A DNA stretch of 64,000 nt, from assembly GCA_017513085.1 (NCBI GenBank), contig JAFWDK010000016.1, forward strand, positions 32,001 through 96,000, written 5' to 3'. The position numbers and the translations under genes were made by a program. This document shows positions 46,484 to 56,649 of the stretch, one piece after another (position 1 is the stretch's first letter; each line of letters begins with the position of its first letter). The notes below the pieces were generated by a model that saw only the letters and a program-made list of their open reading frames with translations, was not told where the DNA came from and made no database searches. This stretch comes from Clostridiales bacterium. Its GTDB lineage: Bacteria; Bacillota; Clostridia; Saccharofermentanales; Saccharofermentanaceae.

Positions 46484-48840
46484 CCATGACAAAAGAAAAA
46501 CTTCTCGCAGGATCGCACTTCCGCAAGAATAAGGGAAGCTCGATCGGTATCTTCCTTCTGATGTTTCTCTCATCGATGCTCCTTTCCCTGGCCATGATCC
46601 TCTTTACCGACACTTATCCGACTGCCCAAAACGAGGCCAAGCGCCTCAACTCCGGTGACGGCCAGCTGACTTTCACGAGCAGTACGATCGACGAAACAAA
46701 TCCGGATCTTCAGGAATTGTTTAACAGTAACACCACTTCTTACGATGTGGCAAAAGCACTGAGTTTTATTAATACGAACGTTCCTTTTGTAAATGGTGAA
46801 GTCATTCTCCGACTTCAGGTCGAGACTCTTGATACCCTCTCCAAAAAGCAGATGGCTAAAACCGAGATCCTCGATGGAGATACTTCGATCACATCGGACT
46901 ATATCTATGTTCCGTATCAGTTCAAAACATCAGGTGGTTTTTCTGTCGGAGACGATTATTCTCTTACACTCCTCGGTAACAAATACCAGTTCAAGATCAA
47001 AGGATTCCTCAATACCGTATATGGCGGCTGCAATAACGGTGGTGTTTTCGAGATGGTCGTATCTCCGGAAACCTACGCGGATCTTCTCTCCAAGATTGGA
47101 GATACAGGAGAAAGCTCTATCATCACCTATGAATTAAAAGACGACGTGAAGCCGAGTGCTTTCCGTATCCGCACATTGAATACTCTGAAGACACTTGATC
47201 CTTCTGCCGATGTCAGACTGGAACCACTCACAGAAGTAATGAGCGGAAGAACCTTCATGTCCCTGATTATCGCCGGTTCTTTTCTCGCCGTGACCATGAT
47301 CGTCATGATCGTTATCGTTCTGATGATCATCAACAGCATCAGCAACTACATCAAAGAGAACATGAAGACCATCGGTGCCCTGAAGGCAATCGGTTATACC
47401 GGAAAAAATATCAAGGTTTCTCTTCTTCTGATGTTCGTCTCTCTGGCATTTTTCGCAGCAGTGCTTGGTGTTGCCGGCTCTTACCTGATCGCCGGTCCGA
47501 TCGCAAGCGTTGTTATTGCACAGATGGGTGTACCGTACACCGTATCCTTCAGCTTGATCTCCACGATCGTTGCATTTACAACAGTACTTCTGATCACAGT
47601 GCTTTTCACTCTGCTTTCTCTTCGCAAAATCAATAAGATCCAGCCGATCGTCGCACTTCGCGAAGGAACAGACAGCCATAACTTCAAGCGCAATCCGGTC
47701 AGACTCGACAAGTCTTTCCTCGGTCTTAATGCAAGCCTGTCGATGAAGACGATGCTCCATAACAAAAGACAGAACATCATCACGTTCTTCGTCACCGGAT
47801 TCCTGGTATTCCTCTGCGTGATCGCGCTCCTGATGTTCGAAAACTTCAACAGAAAGCCGAACCTGAATCTTCTGGCCAATGAGATCTGCGATGGCATGAT
47901 CCTTTTTGACAAAGACACCAAAACCGAAGGTGAAGCATTTCTCGCAAGCCTGGAAGGCGTATCAAATATTAGAAGAGCCTACGACGATACTCTCTACGTC
48001 GGTGAGGAAAATTCTCTGTGGATGGAAGCTTATGAAGATCCGAATACGAAGAATAATACTGACATCTGCTATAAGGGAAGACTTCCGCAGCACGATAACG
48101 AGATCAATATCAGTGGTCATTTCGGAAAGAACGAAGGATACAAGATCGGTGACGAGATCACGCTCACACTGGGGGAAAATTCTTATACATATCTCATCAC
48201 AGGATTTATCCAGACCACAAATAATGGTGGTGGCGAATGTATCCTGACTGAAGCCGGATACTCCCACCTGGTGGACACATCCGAAAAGATCGGCATCTAC
48301 TACTTCGATACTGAAAAAGATGAACAGATCGATCCTGCACTCGATGCATGCAAAGCAAAATTCGGTGATGGCGTGACCTCTGCCGCGAACTTCATTGATG
48401 TCATCGAAGCGAACATGGCTACTTTCCGTGGAATTGCCACATTGATGCTGATTATGGTAGCGACGATCTCCGGACTTGTGATCCTTCTGGTACTCTACCT
48501 CCTGATCCGTTCCCTGATCTTCAGCAAGCGTAAGGACTACGGTATCTACAAAGCCATCGGTTACACCAGCAAGAGTCTGATCCTTCAGACAGCAGGCAGC
48601 TTCATGCCGGCCATCATCCTGTCAGTTGTGATCTACTCGATCGTCTCCTACTTCATGGCTAACCCGTACATGGAACTCATCATGATCAACTTCGGTCTGA
48701 TGAAGTGCACCTTCAGCATTCCGATCCCGGGTGTCATCATCATCGGTGCATCCATGATCCTCCTCTCTTTCCTCTTCGCTGTACTGCAGGCAAGAAGAAT
48801 CAAGAATGTAGAACCGTACAAGATGTTAATCGCTGAATAA
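46477..48840 (+). CDS. FtsX-like ABC permease (duplicated domain)
   Basis: Two FtsX repeats (IGALKAIGYT, YGIYKAIGYT). Confidence 0.9.
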   Translation: MVTMTKEKLLAGSHFRKNKGSSIGIFLLMFLSSMLLSLAMILFTDTYPTAQNEAKRLNSGDGQLTFTSSTIDETNPDLQELFNSNTTSYDVAKALSFINTNVPFVNGEVILRLQVETLDTLSKKQMAKTEILDGDTSITSDYIYVPYQFKTSGGFSVGDDYSLTLLGNKYQFKIKGFLNTVYGGCNNGGVFEMVVSPETYADLLSKIGDTGESSIITYELKDDVKPSAFRIRTLNTLKTLDPSADVRLEPLTEVMSGRTFMSLIIAGSFLAVTMIVMIVIVLMIINSISNYIKENMKTIGALKAIGYTGKNIKVSLLLMFVSLAFFAAVLGVAGSYLIAGPIASVVIAQMGVPYTVSFSLISTIVAFTTVLLITVLFTLLSLRKINKIQPIVALREGTDSHNFKRNPVRLDKSFLGLNASLSMKTMLHNKRQNIITFFVTGFLVFLCVIALLMFENFNRKPNLNLLANEICDGMILFDKDTKTEGEAFLASLEGVSNIRRAYDDTLYVGEENSLWMEAYEDPNTKNNTDICYKGRLPQHDNEINISGHFGKNEGYKIGDEITLTLGENSYTYLITGFIQTTNNGGGECILTEAGYSHLVDTSEKIGIYYFDTEKDEQIDPALDACKAKFGDGVTSAANFIDVIEANMATFRGIATLMLIMVATISGLVILLVLYLLIRSLIFSKRKDYGIYKAIGYTSKSLILQTAGSFMPAIILSVVIYSIVSYFMANPYMELIMINFGLMKCTFSIPIPGVIIIGASMILLSFLFAVLQARRIKNVEPYKMLIAE

Positions 48841-48932
48841 TCAGAACTCGGTCTTTCGGATGCACCTGACACAGCAGATTCCACCACGACCGGAGATCCT
48901 TGCATCACCGTCCTCTTCAAATAAATCATGTC

Positions 48933-48970
48933 AAAGGCGCTGTTTCAAAACAAATGAGGCAGCGCCTTTT
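48933..48970 (+). terminator. Intrinsic terminator
   Basis: AAAGGCGCTGTTTCA/TGAGGCAGCGCCTTTT. Confidence 0.75.
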
Positions 48971-49238
48971 CAAAGTGGCGATTCTTGGTTGGATAACCGA
49001 TAAATTTGTCGTTCGATGAACCCAGGATCGATGGGTAAGTGATAATATAGAAGTCGTGAAGAAACAGTGTAAGAAAAATTTTTCGAAATATGTGTCACAT
49101 TTTTCGATACCCACCTGTATATATAGGGTGAAAGGCGGAAAGCCTAAACGCGTTCCTGTCGGCTTTGATTTCTTGTCTGTATCTAGTTAGGAGCATGATA
49201 TAATAAAATCATGGGAATATGTGAAGACAGGTCTGAAT

Positions 49239-49697
49239 ATGATTAGTAAAAGACTCATTAATACAATCCTTGTTGCTATAGTAGCATTTTTATGCTTGTC
49301 GTTTCTGATAGGCTGCACTCCCAAGGAGGGGACAGAGTTTGATATTAACAATCGTGAGACAAAGGCTTATTCAGATGAAGAGTTAAAAGAGTTTATGCAG
49401 TACTACATCTCTGAAAAGAAAGCTCATCCGGGTGATGAAAAACACTGGAGTAGGAAGATTATGTTTATTGGATTAAATGAGAGGGAGCACTGCCTTGATA
49501 TAACTGTCATCGATTGTGATGAAGAAATCATGAAAGAAGTGATAGCAAATCTCAAGGATTATCCCGCGAATATTCATATTACCGATCATTATATTGTAGA
49601 AGCTGGTTATGAAACTAGAGAGGAACATATATATAAAAGGCATGACGATGGGACTATTGAAGAATACCATTATCGGGCACGTGAGAATGACGCATAG
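49239..49697 (+). CDS. Hypothetical lipoprotein
   Basis: Lipobox LIGC; upstream TGATATAAT; AT-richer than neighbours. Confidence 0.65.
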   Translation: MISKRLINTILVAIVAFLCLSFLIGCTPKEGTEFDINNRETKAYSDEELKEFMQYYISEKKAHPGDEKHWSRKIMFIGLNEREHCLDITVIDCDEEIMKEVIANLKDYPANIHITDHYIVEAGYETREEHIYKRHDDGTIEEYHYRARENDA

Positions 49698-49727
49698 AAG
49701 GAAGTGAATCTTTTCCGCCCAGGCTTC

Positions 49728-51347
49728 TTAAATCGTCTCATCCACATACTCGATCAGCATATCCGGAATGTACTGATAGTGGTGACTCTTATAGAGTTTG
49801 GATGCAGCCATCGGAGAAGACGGATCGCAGTGCGCATTGACCCTTTCTTCCAGATGCGCGATCGCGTCCAGTGTGGAGTCATTTTCGCCGAAGTATTCCT
49901 GGTAATCCTCATTCTCATCCGTGCCTCCGGTGATGAGGATCTTCTTGTTCATGGTCTGGTTTCTCTCGAAGTATCCGTAGTCGTTTTTCTGTTCGGAAAA
50001 GTCATCCATCTCCGTGGAATAAGGAGACCAGAACGCCGGACTTCCGATAATGTATTTTCCGAAAGGCTGGTTCTCATAGCGATCGGAATTGAAGGCCGCG
50101 TAGTGGGCGAACACACCGCCTAACGAGTGCCCGAAAAGAGTCGAGTTTTCAAAATCGATACTGTACTTTTCGCCAAGATACGGCATAAGATCATCGGTGA
50201 TGAAATCCAGAAACTTATCCTTTCCTTCACAGAATAATGCCGAGCGTTCCATATTGTCCGAGTTACTGATCGTATAGTCCTGTCCGATGGAGATCAGTAT
50301 CTGCGGCTTCGCACGTCCTTCTTCCATCTCCTTGAGAAGTTTCGCGATATCGTTGAAGCGCCAGACCGCATCTGTCAAAACCAGGGCCGGCAAGACATCT
50401 TTTTCATTCTCATAACCTTTCGGCAATGCGACATGCACGATTAGAGTCCGGTCCAGTTGTTCGTCATAGATGTGATATTCCGTGACCTGATCCTTGATGG
50501 CAGCAACCGCATCCCGGTCCAGTTCCCAGGAACAATCCAGACCTTCTTCAAGGATCCTGACATTGTCCCAATATTCATCGAAGGCTTTCAAGGTCGTATT
50601 CCTGGGCATGGTCTTATATTCACCACTCATCATGGCCTCGAATATGCGGATGATGTCCGCCTTCATCTGCTCCGTATCGGAAGTGGATACGGATGTCTTC
50701 ACGTATTCATAGTCTTTCCCCTCGTACATTTCCAGAAGATCCGGGAGAAGAGAAAGAAACTCATCGTAGTTGTTATACTCTTTTGTGACAAACTCCGTTC
50801 CTCCCCATACGGAATAATATCCCTTCCCTTTATTGTATTTATATTCGGGAAGCAGCCTGTCGTAGAAACGTCCGTCCACTACTGCACCATACACGAGGTG
50901 CGTATCGTTTTTGATGTTTTGTTCCTTGATTTCTTCGAGTTCTTTCTCGGTATATCCCATCTGAATATAGTCTTCCCGATTCTCGTCTATTTCCTGATTC
51001 AGATCTTCCGGTCCCCAGATCTCGAAATACACCCCATCCGTGTATTCTTCGGAAATGACATACGGATCTTTTTTCGCCGCTTCCGCCCATGGCTCATCGA
51101 GAAGCGTCAGAGGTCCTTCTTTGATCGAAGCACGCTCCTTCTCCGTCATGTGACCGGTAAGCCGGACCAGTGCTTTTTCCGTATTGGAAATACTTGCCCC
51201 GGCAACGGCGCTTTCTTGTGTCGTTTCTTCAGCAAAAGCACTTGCCGTTGTCGTGCCTTCGGTCTCCTTCTTGCTGCATGCGGCAACGCTTGGTGTCAGA
51301 AGCGCAATACAGATCGCCGTCAGAATAATTCTGCTTATTTTCTTCAT
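49728..51347 (-). CDS. Lipoprotein with C-terminal alpha/beta-hydrolase (IroE/Fes-like esterase) domain
   Basis: Lipobox VAAC, VALP.GY, FLDFI...LMPY, GHSLGG, GSPAFW. Confidence 0.8.
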   Translation of the reverse strand: MKKISRIILTAICIALLTPSVAACSKKETEGTTTASAFAEETTQESAVAGASISNTEKALVRLTGHMTEKERASIKEGPLTLLDEPWAEAAKKDPYVISEEYTDGVYFEIWGPEDLNQEIDENREDYIQMGYTEKELEEIKEQNIKNDTHLVYGAVVDGRFYDRLLPEYKYNKGKGYYSVWGGTEFVTKEYNNYDEFLSLLPDLLEMYEGKDYEYVKTSVSTSDTEQMKADIIRIFEAMMSGEYKTMPRNTTLKAFDEYWDNVRILEEGLDCSWELDRDAVAAIKDQVTEYHIYDEQLDRTLIVHVALPKGYENEKDVLPALVLTDAVWRFNDIAKLLKEMEEGRAKPQILISIGQDYTISNSDNMERSALFCEGKDKFLDFITDDLMPYLGEKYSIDFENSTLFGHSLGGVFAHYAAFNSDRYENQPFGKYIIGSPAFWSPYSTEMDDFSEQKNDYGYFERNQTMNKKILITGGTDENEDYQEYFGENDSTLDAIAHLEERVNAHCDPSSPMAASKLYKSHHYQYIPDMLIEYVDETI

Positions 51348-51398
51348 AATGGATCGACCATCCCTTCATTTGTTTCTAAAGAGATGGTATCACCCTAA

Positions 51399-51438
51399 AA
51401 AGGATCTCTTAGGGAGCTTTTATGGATTTTGTGTGGAG
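51399..51438 (-). promoter_or_regulatory. Four (T.T)GGA direct repeats at 11-bp period; predicted response-regulator site
   Basis: GGA at 51402, 51413, 51424, 51435; TATGGATTTTGTGTGGAG is 16/18 identical to 54921-54938. Confidence 0.65.
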
Positions 51439-51453
51439 TAGTTCCCGTACAGA

Positions 51454-52713
51454 TCAGTTCACGATCACCGATGAATAGGCATTCAATTGTTCTCCTGTAT
51501 GTGCATCGACATACACGAACTCCGATTTTTTATTCTTGTGTCCGCAATACACCAGATATATCTCGCCGTCGTTCTCCCAGATGGTCAGATCGGCGTACTC
51601 AAGATCATAGGCTTCGATGGCCTCTTCTTCCGTAATATCCGGCTTGACCGAGAAGTCGGAAGGAATATCCAGGACATGACACTTGATGGTCGTCGTTCTT
51701 CTCCAATTGCAGACGATAACATTCAACGATGCGTCTTTTACCTTCACGCCCTTGAAGTACTGGTCGAAATCATACCTGTCCATCACATCTTCGCAGAACA
51801 TCTTCTCGAACTGAAGCTGCTTGACTTCGTTCTCGATATGCAGGACCTGCTCCACGGACTTGATGCAAAAGAATGCTTCCCTCGGCGTTTCCGCGATCGG
51901 TTCCGAGATCTCGCCGGACAGATCGTAATCTTTCCAGAGGCCTTCACATTCGTCATACAGTTCGACCTCCTCCGGATTCGCGGCAAAAAAGACCAGATCC
52001 GGGATCGTCGTAAAGATGTACCATCCGCCGTCGGTATCCTGCAGTTTTTCGTTATACTCCCATATCGAAGGCTCGCCATAGTCATCCAGAAGCGGCATTT
52101 CATCCGCCGTAAATCCGTCATACATATCTCTCGCCACGCGGAGTTTATAGTGGAGTTTCAGTGTTCCTTCGCTATCGGAAAAAGCGCCTTCCAGTAACAC
52201 GAAGAGGCTTCTGTCATGTGGTCGGTGAACGGTTCCGTCCGATTCGATCACAGACTCATCCGAACTTTTCCAGGTAACGGTATAGCCGTTGAATTCAGAA
52301 GGAAGCGAAAGGTCATGTGTGATGTCCGCCCATTCTTCGTCAGTGATAGCGTTAAAGCACTCTCTGCTGGCCTCGTACATACCTAAGTCGACCCGGCCGA
52401 TCTCTTCATAATCATATCCCTGCAAAAAGATCGGATACGGTCCACTGGTATAGTCCTCAAGAGGTATCTCTTCTTCAAAAGGGCCATACGAGAGAGTGAG
52501 CATTTTCCTCTCTCCGCTGCCGGTTGTTTCCTCGGTTTCCGTAGTCGTAGTCGGTGCGGAAGTTTGCCGCGTCGTCGGCACGGTCGTTTGTCTTGTCGTT
52601 TCTCTCGTCGTTGTTTGTTCGACTGTCGGTATTTTCTTCTTGCTCCTGGTCGTACAAGCAGTGGATGTTCCTAAAAGAATGAGCGCCAGACTTCCTGCCA
52701 ATACCCTTTTCAT
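51454..52713 (-). CDS. Lipoprotein with Thr-rich linker, Ig-like domain and FTP/PepSY-like C-terminus
   Basis: STAC lipobox, LSLP...VTWKSSD.SVI..DGTV.RP, FDQYFKGVKV, PDITEEEA, YVDAHTGE. Confidence 0.7.
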   Translation of the reverse strand: MKRVLAGSLALILLGTSTACTTRSKKKIPTVEQTTTRETTRQTTVPTTRQTSAPTTTTETEETTGSGERKMLTLSYGPFEEEIPLEDYTSGPYPIFLQGYDYEEIGRVDLGMYEASRECFNAITDEEWADITHDLSLPSEFNGYTVTWKSSDESVIESDGTVHRPHDRSLFVLLEGAFSDSEGTLKLHYKLRVARDMYDGFTADEMPLLDDYGEPSIWEYNEKLQDTDGGWYIFTTIPDLVFFAANPEEVELYDECEGLWKDYDLSGEISEPIAETPREAFFCIKSVEQVLHIENEVKQLQFEKMFCEDVMDRYDFDQYFKGVKVKDASLNVIVCNWRRTTTIKCHVLDIPSDFSVKPDITEEEAIEAYDLEYADLTIWENDGEIYLVYCGHKNKKSEFVYVDAHTGEQLNAYSSVIVN

Positions 52714-52798
52714 ATTCCCTCTCCCTTATCCAACATCGATTTCTCGTGTTCACTGATACTATAACATATGACAGATCAGAGGGACGTTTTGTTACGTA

Positions 52799-54238
52799 CT
52801 ATCCTTTGGCCGCATACGGGATCTCAATCGTTGCCAGCACATCTTTTCCATCGTTTTCGAGACGGCAGGAACCGCCTTGTTTTTCTATGATCAGCCGCGC
52901 CAGGTAAAGACCTAATCCGGATCCGCCGCTTCTTCTGCTTCTGGATTTGTCCGTCCTGTAAAACGGCTCGAAAAGATGGGCGAGTTCCGTCTCATCGATA
53001 TACGCGTCCGTATTCCGTATCGTCACGCGGACCAGCTTGTCTTCGACATTTTCCGCATCAACGAAAACAGTGGCACCTCCTTCGGAATAGAAAGCCGCAT
53101 TGCTCAAAAATGCACCGATGGCGATGGACGTCAGGTCTTTATTTCCTTCGAAGATAAGATCGTTTTCGATCTGCAGTTCCATCTTGATCCCGCGCGCGGA
53201 GAAAAGCTCTTCGCACTCTTCCATCTTTTCTTCCAGAAGCTGTGCCATATCTGTCCGGGAAGTAGTGATCTCACGTCCCGACTGCATTTTTGATGCAGTG
53301 AGGATCTCGTTGATCAGGCTCTCCATCCTTTTGACGGTACCCAGGGAACGTGCAAGGTATTCGTCTCTGTCCGAATACGGACCGACACCATCGAGCATAC
53401 CACGGATCTGCCCTTCCAGCACCGTCACCGGCGTTTTCAGTTCGTGTGATGCTGCAGCAAAGAACATATCTTTCTGGCTTTCCAGTTCCACCCGGCGAGT
53501 CACCTCTTCATTCAGTTCCTCATTCTTATGCTGAAGGTCACGAATCTTCTCGTCGAGTGTTTCCGCCATACTGTCCAGATCCCGGCCAAGATCTCCGATC
53601 TCGTCCTGTCTTTTCGGGTTGCATTTACGCGAGAAATCCATCCGGGCCATCGCATGTGAAACATCGCTCAGCTGCTTGACCGGCTTGGCAAACAGGATCG
53701 TGTAGATATAAGCGCAAAGAAGCGACACGATCAATACGATCACGAGAAGAAACGGCAGTGTCTTCGTAATGGATGCAGTCATAGGATTTGTCCGGTCCGC
53801 GTATATGATATATTCCAGTGAATAGCTTTTTCTTGCGTTCGCAAAATGGAATATACCGATGCCACTGTATTTGTAATCATCCGCATACTTTTCCCGGATC
53901 TCCCGGAGTTTGGAATATGTATTGATCGCGTACACAGAATCTAAAGGATAAAGCGTCCGTTCCTCCCAGATCCCGTCGCCCTGGTAAAACACGACTTGTG
54001 CACCGGTCCGATGAGCAAAATCATCGATAGGAGCCACCGCATCTTCTTTTTTGGTATTTCCAAGTGTGTCGACCAGTTCCTCAAAAGCTCTCTCGGCTTC
54101 TTGCTTCTGCACCTCGCTGTAGCTACGCGGAGTCGCCTGATAGAGCGCCCCGATGATCAGCGCGCCGAAGACGAGCTGGGTGAGAAACGTGATCAGAAAC
54201 ACTTTTACTGACAGTCGGTCAAAGATCTTCTTTGGCAA
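52799..54238 (-). CDS. HAMP-domain sensor histidine kinase
   Basis: DEIGDL, SHELKTP, LFEPFYR, GSGLGL. Confidence 0.93.
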   Translation of the reverse strand: MPKKIFDRLSVKVFLITFLTQLVFGALIIGALYQATPRSYSEVQKQEAERAFEELVDTLGNTKKEDAVAPIDDFAHRTGAQVVFYQGDGIWEERTLYPLDSVYAINTYSKLREIREKYADDYKYSGIGIFHFANARKSYSLEYIIYADRTNPMTASITKTLPFLLVIVLIVSLLCAYIYTILFAKPVKQLSDVSHAMARMDFSRKCNPKRQDEIGDLGRDLDSMAETLDEKIRDLQHKNEELNEEVTRRVELESQKDMFFAAASHELKTPVTVLEGQIRGMLDGVGPYSDRDEYLARSLGTVKRMESLINEILTASKMQSGREITTSRTDMAQLLEEKMEECEELFSARGIKMELQIENDLIFEGNKDLTSIAIGAFLSNAAFYSEGGATVFVDAENVEDKLVRVTIRNTDAYIDETELAHLFEPFYRTDKSRSRRSGGSGLGLYLARLIIEKQGGSCRLENDGKDVLATIEIPYAAKG

Positions 54239-54899
54239 CTTTATACCCCCGTCCTCTCACCGTCTCGATGCAGTTTCCGGCATCTCCCAGTTTGTGCCGC
54301 AGATTCTTGATATGGCTATCCACGATGCGTTCATCCACAAATGAATTGTAATCCCAAAGCATATCCAGAAGCATCTCACGTGTATACACACGTCCGGGGT
54401 TCTTAAGGAGAAGCGCCAGCAGATCGAATTCTCTCGAAGTGAGCTCTACACGATTCCCTGACACCAGAACCTCCATCGTATCGGCACACATGGAAATATC
54501 TCCGTAGACGAGCGTGGAGAGTGACTGCGAAGAATGGGATCCTTCCCGACGAAGGACCGCGCGAACTTTTCTCAGAAAGACCGGCATGGAAAAGGGCTTG
54601 GTCACGTAGTCATCCGCCATCGAATCATAGCCTTTCAGAAGATCCTTCTCCTCTCCCAGGGCAGAAAGAAAGATCACCGGCACATCCGACTGTTTCTTGA
54701 TCACTTCGCACACGCCGTATCCATCGATCTTCGGGATCATGATGTCCAGTATCACGAGCGAAAATTCTTCTTTTGAAAACAATGACAATGCTGCCACGCC
54801 ATCCTCGGCTGACGCCACATCGTACCCCTCGTGCCTCAGGTAACTGACGAGGAGTTCTCGAATATCAGGTTCATCTTCCACAACAAGTATCTTTTTCAT
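54219..54899 (-). CDS. OmpR-family response regulator (probably leaderless)
   Basis: ILVVEDE, LDIMIP, ADDYVTKPF, SHIKNLR, TVRGRGY; start MKKIL at 54899. Confidence 0.93.
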   Translation of the reverse strand: MKKILVVEDEPDIRELLVSYLRHEGYDVASAEDGVAALSLFSKEEFSLVILDIMIPKIDGYGVCEVIKKQSDVPVIFLSALGEEKDLLKGYDSMADDYVTKPFSMPVFLRKVRAVLRREGSHSSQSLSTLVYGDISMCADTMEVLVSGNRVELTSREFDLLALLLKNPGRVYTREMLLDMLWDYNSFVDERIVDSHIKNLRHKLGDAGNCIETVRGRGYKVAKEDL

Positions 54900-54905
54900 G
54901 CTTAC

Positions 54906-54938
54906 ATTATAAATCACGATTGTGGATTTTGTATGGAG
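54906..54938 (-). promoter_or_regulatory. Response-regulator promoter: TATAAT plus TCCA(C/T)A direct repeat
   Basis: ATTATA at 54906-54911; TGTGGATTTTGTATGGAG at 54921-54938. Confidence 0.7.
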
Positions 54939-55050
54939 CATTCCTTGTTCCGCTCATATCCTGAAATAGCGGTAAAGAATATGCTATAATCGAAGCGTCT
55001 GCGGAAGGCCGCAAATACTTTTTCGTATGAAACATAGGTAAGGGGACAAA

Positions 55051-56598
55051 ATGGGCGAAGGAACTGCATTGAAGAAAAACGGAAAAACATTACAACCTGG
55101 TAAGGATCGGCTCTATCCTTCGATGATCTTTATTCTTCTTTTCATCTTAACTTTTTGCCTCTCTCCCTTCTCTCCTCTCTACCGGTACAACTTCAGTCCG
55201 GACGAAGTCTGCTACAAGACCATCAGCCTCGGCCTTCTCGAGGGGAAAGCACCGTATCGGGATCTTTTCGATCATAAGGGACCTCTTTCCTATCTGATCT
55301 ATTCTTTTGGTTTTCTCATTTCCGGCAAAGCCAACTGGGGCGCATGGATCGTCACCTATCTTTGCAATGCCGTCGCTTACTTTTTCACTTACAAGACCAT
55401 GCGTCTGTTCCGTGACAAAGAGCACTCTTTCCTTACGACTCTCCTTCTTATGGTCGTCTGCGGGTTCTGTCTGGAGAATGTTCTCTCCAATCTTTCCAAG
55501 CCGGAGAACATGCTTCTTGCCCCGCTTATGGTGTCCACCTATTTTTTCCTGAAGGAGTGCTTCAAGCACGAAGGCAACAAATTCGAGCACATTTCCCACC
55601 GCTCTATGTTCATCATCGGGCTGATGTGCGGCGCGGTATTCATGATCAAACTTAATGTCTGCATGCTCTACTTCGCCTTTATCGGATGCTACTTCTTGTG
55701 GCTTCTGATCAAGAAACAATTTCGTTTCTTCTTTATCAATACCGGCGTATTCCTTGGCGGTATCGCCGCTGTCTGCACGCCGATCGTGATCTTCCTTGCC
55801 TGCATTCGCGATCTTCGCGAGTTCATCGATGTCTACTTCATTTTCAATCTCAATTATTCCCAGGAAGGCGACGGGCTTTTCTATCTGACCAAGATCGTCC
55901 TGACAGTTCCCGGAAAGATCACCATCACACTCCTTCTTTTGATCACGATCCTTGCGGTCATCCGTGATCATCTGAAAAAAGAACTGAACAAGCAGCGGAT
56001 CATCATGCTCGTTCTGGCCGCTCTTGTTTTCACCGTATTGACCATGCCTCTGGTATGCACCTATTTTTATATCGTATTTCTTCCTTTCTATCTTTACGGC
56101 GCAGATTGTCTGGCTTCCATCTTCATGCTTCTGGCCAAGGACGAAGTCAGCAGAAAGCAGATCCCTGTCATGATCTATATCATTTTTTCGATCTCCATTA
56201 TCTTTCAGATCATCATCGCACCTTACGTTCCCTGGAAGAAAACAGACGAAGAACGACTGGTGGAAGCATACGGAAAATCTCATCCTGACGCTTCGGTCCT
56301 GTATTTCGACCGGATCTGCGCAGAAATGTTCAGCGATTATATTCCTGCCATACCGGAATTCAGGCAATTCTATGTACCGCCGGCCAGCAATGCGGATATG
56401 ATCGAAGAACAAAAGAGACTGATCTCCACCCATCAGGCAGAAGTCGTCGTCTTCTCCAGCAGCACAAACGAGAGCCGGGATGCTTCCTTCCATGAATTCA
56501 TGAAGAATAATAACTACTCTCAGTACGTCGCCATCGCAGAAAATCCCGGCGTGGAGAATTCCTCTTACTTCTTCATGTATGTGCTCAACGAAGGGTAG
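55051..56598 (+). CDS. GT39/ArnT-like membrane glycosyltransferase
   Basis: DE..Y...G..PYRDLFDHKGP motif, about 12 TM. Confidence 0.75.
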   Translation: MGEGTALKKNGKTLQPGKDRLYPSMIFILLFILTFCLSPFSPLYRYNFSPDEVCYKTISLGLLEGKAPYRDLFDHKGPLSYLIYSFGFLISGKANWGAWIVTYLCNAVAYFFTYKTMRLFRDKEHSFLTTLLLMVVCGFCLENVLSNLSKPENMLLAPLMVSTYFFLKECFKHEGNKFEHISHRSMFIIGLMCGAVFMIKLNVCMLYFAFIGCYFLWLLIKKQFRFFFINTGVFLGGIAAVCTPIVIFLACIRDLREFIDVYFIFNLNYSQEGDGLFYLTKIVLTVPGKITITLLLLITILAVIRDHLKKELNKQRIIMLVLAALVFTVLTMPLVCTYFYIVFLPFYLYGADCLASIFMLLAKDEVSRKQIPVMIYIIFSISIIFQIIIAPYVPWKKTDEERLVEAYGKSHPDASVLYFDRICAEMFSDYIPAIPEFRQFYVPPASNADMIEEQKRLISTHQAEVVVFSSSTNESRDASFHEFMKNNNYSQYVAIAENPGVENSSYFFMYVLNEG

Positions 56599-56649
56599 GA
56601 TGTGATATAATTTTTCTGTCAACTGATTCGTTTTTCGGAGGTAAAAGCC

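Noticed and set aside
49093-49150. Possible ECF-like promoter TGTCAC-N17-TGTAT with a small GAAA hairpin
   Set aside because: Single weak instance; the downstream lipoprotein already has a sigma-A-type TGATATAAT.
39862-55000. Integrated element at tRNA-Arg(CCG)
   Set aside because: No integrase and no duplicated tRNA 3' end was found by eye downstream.
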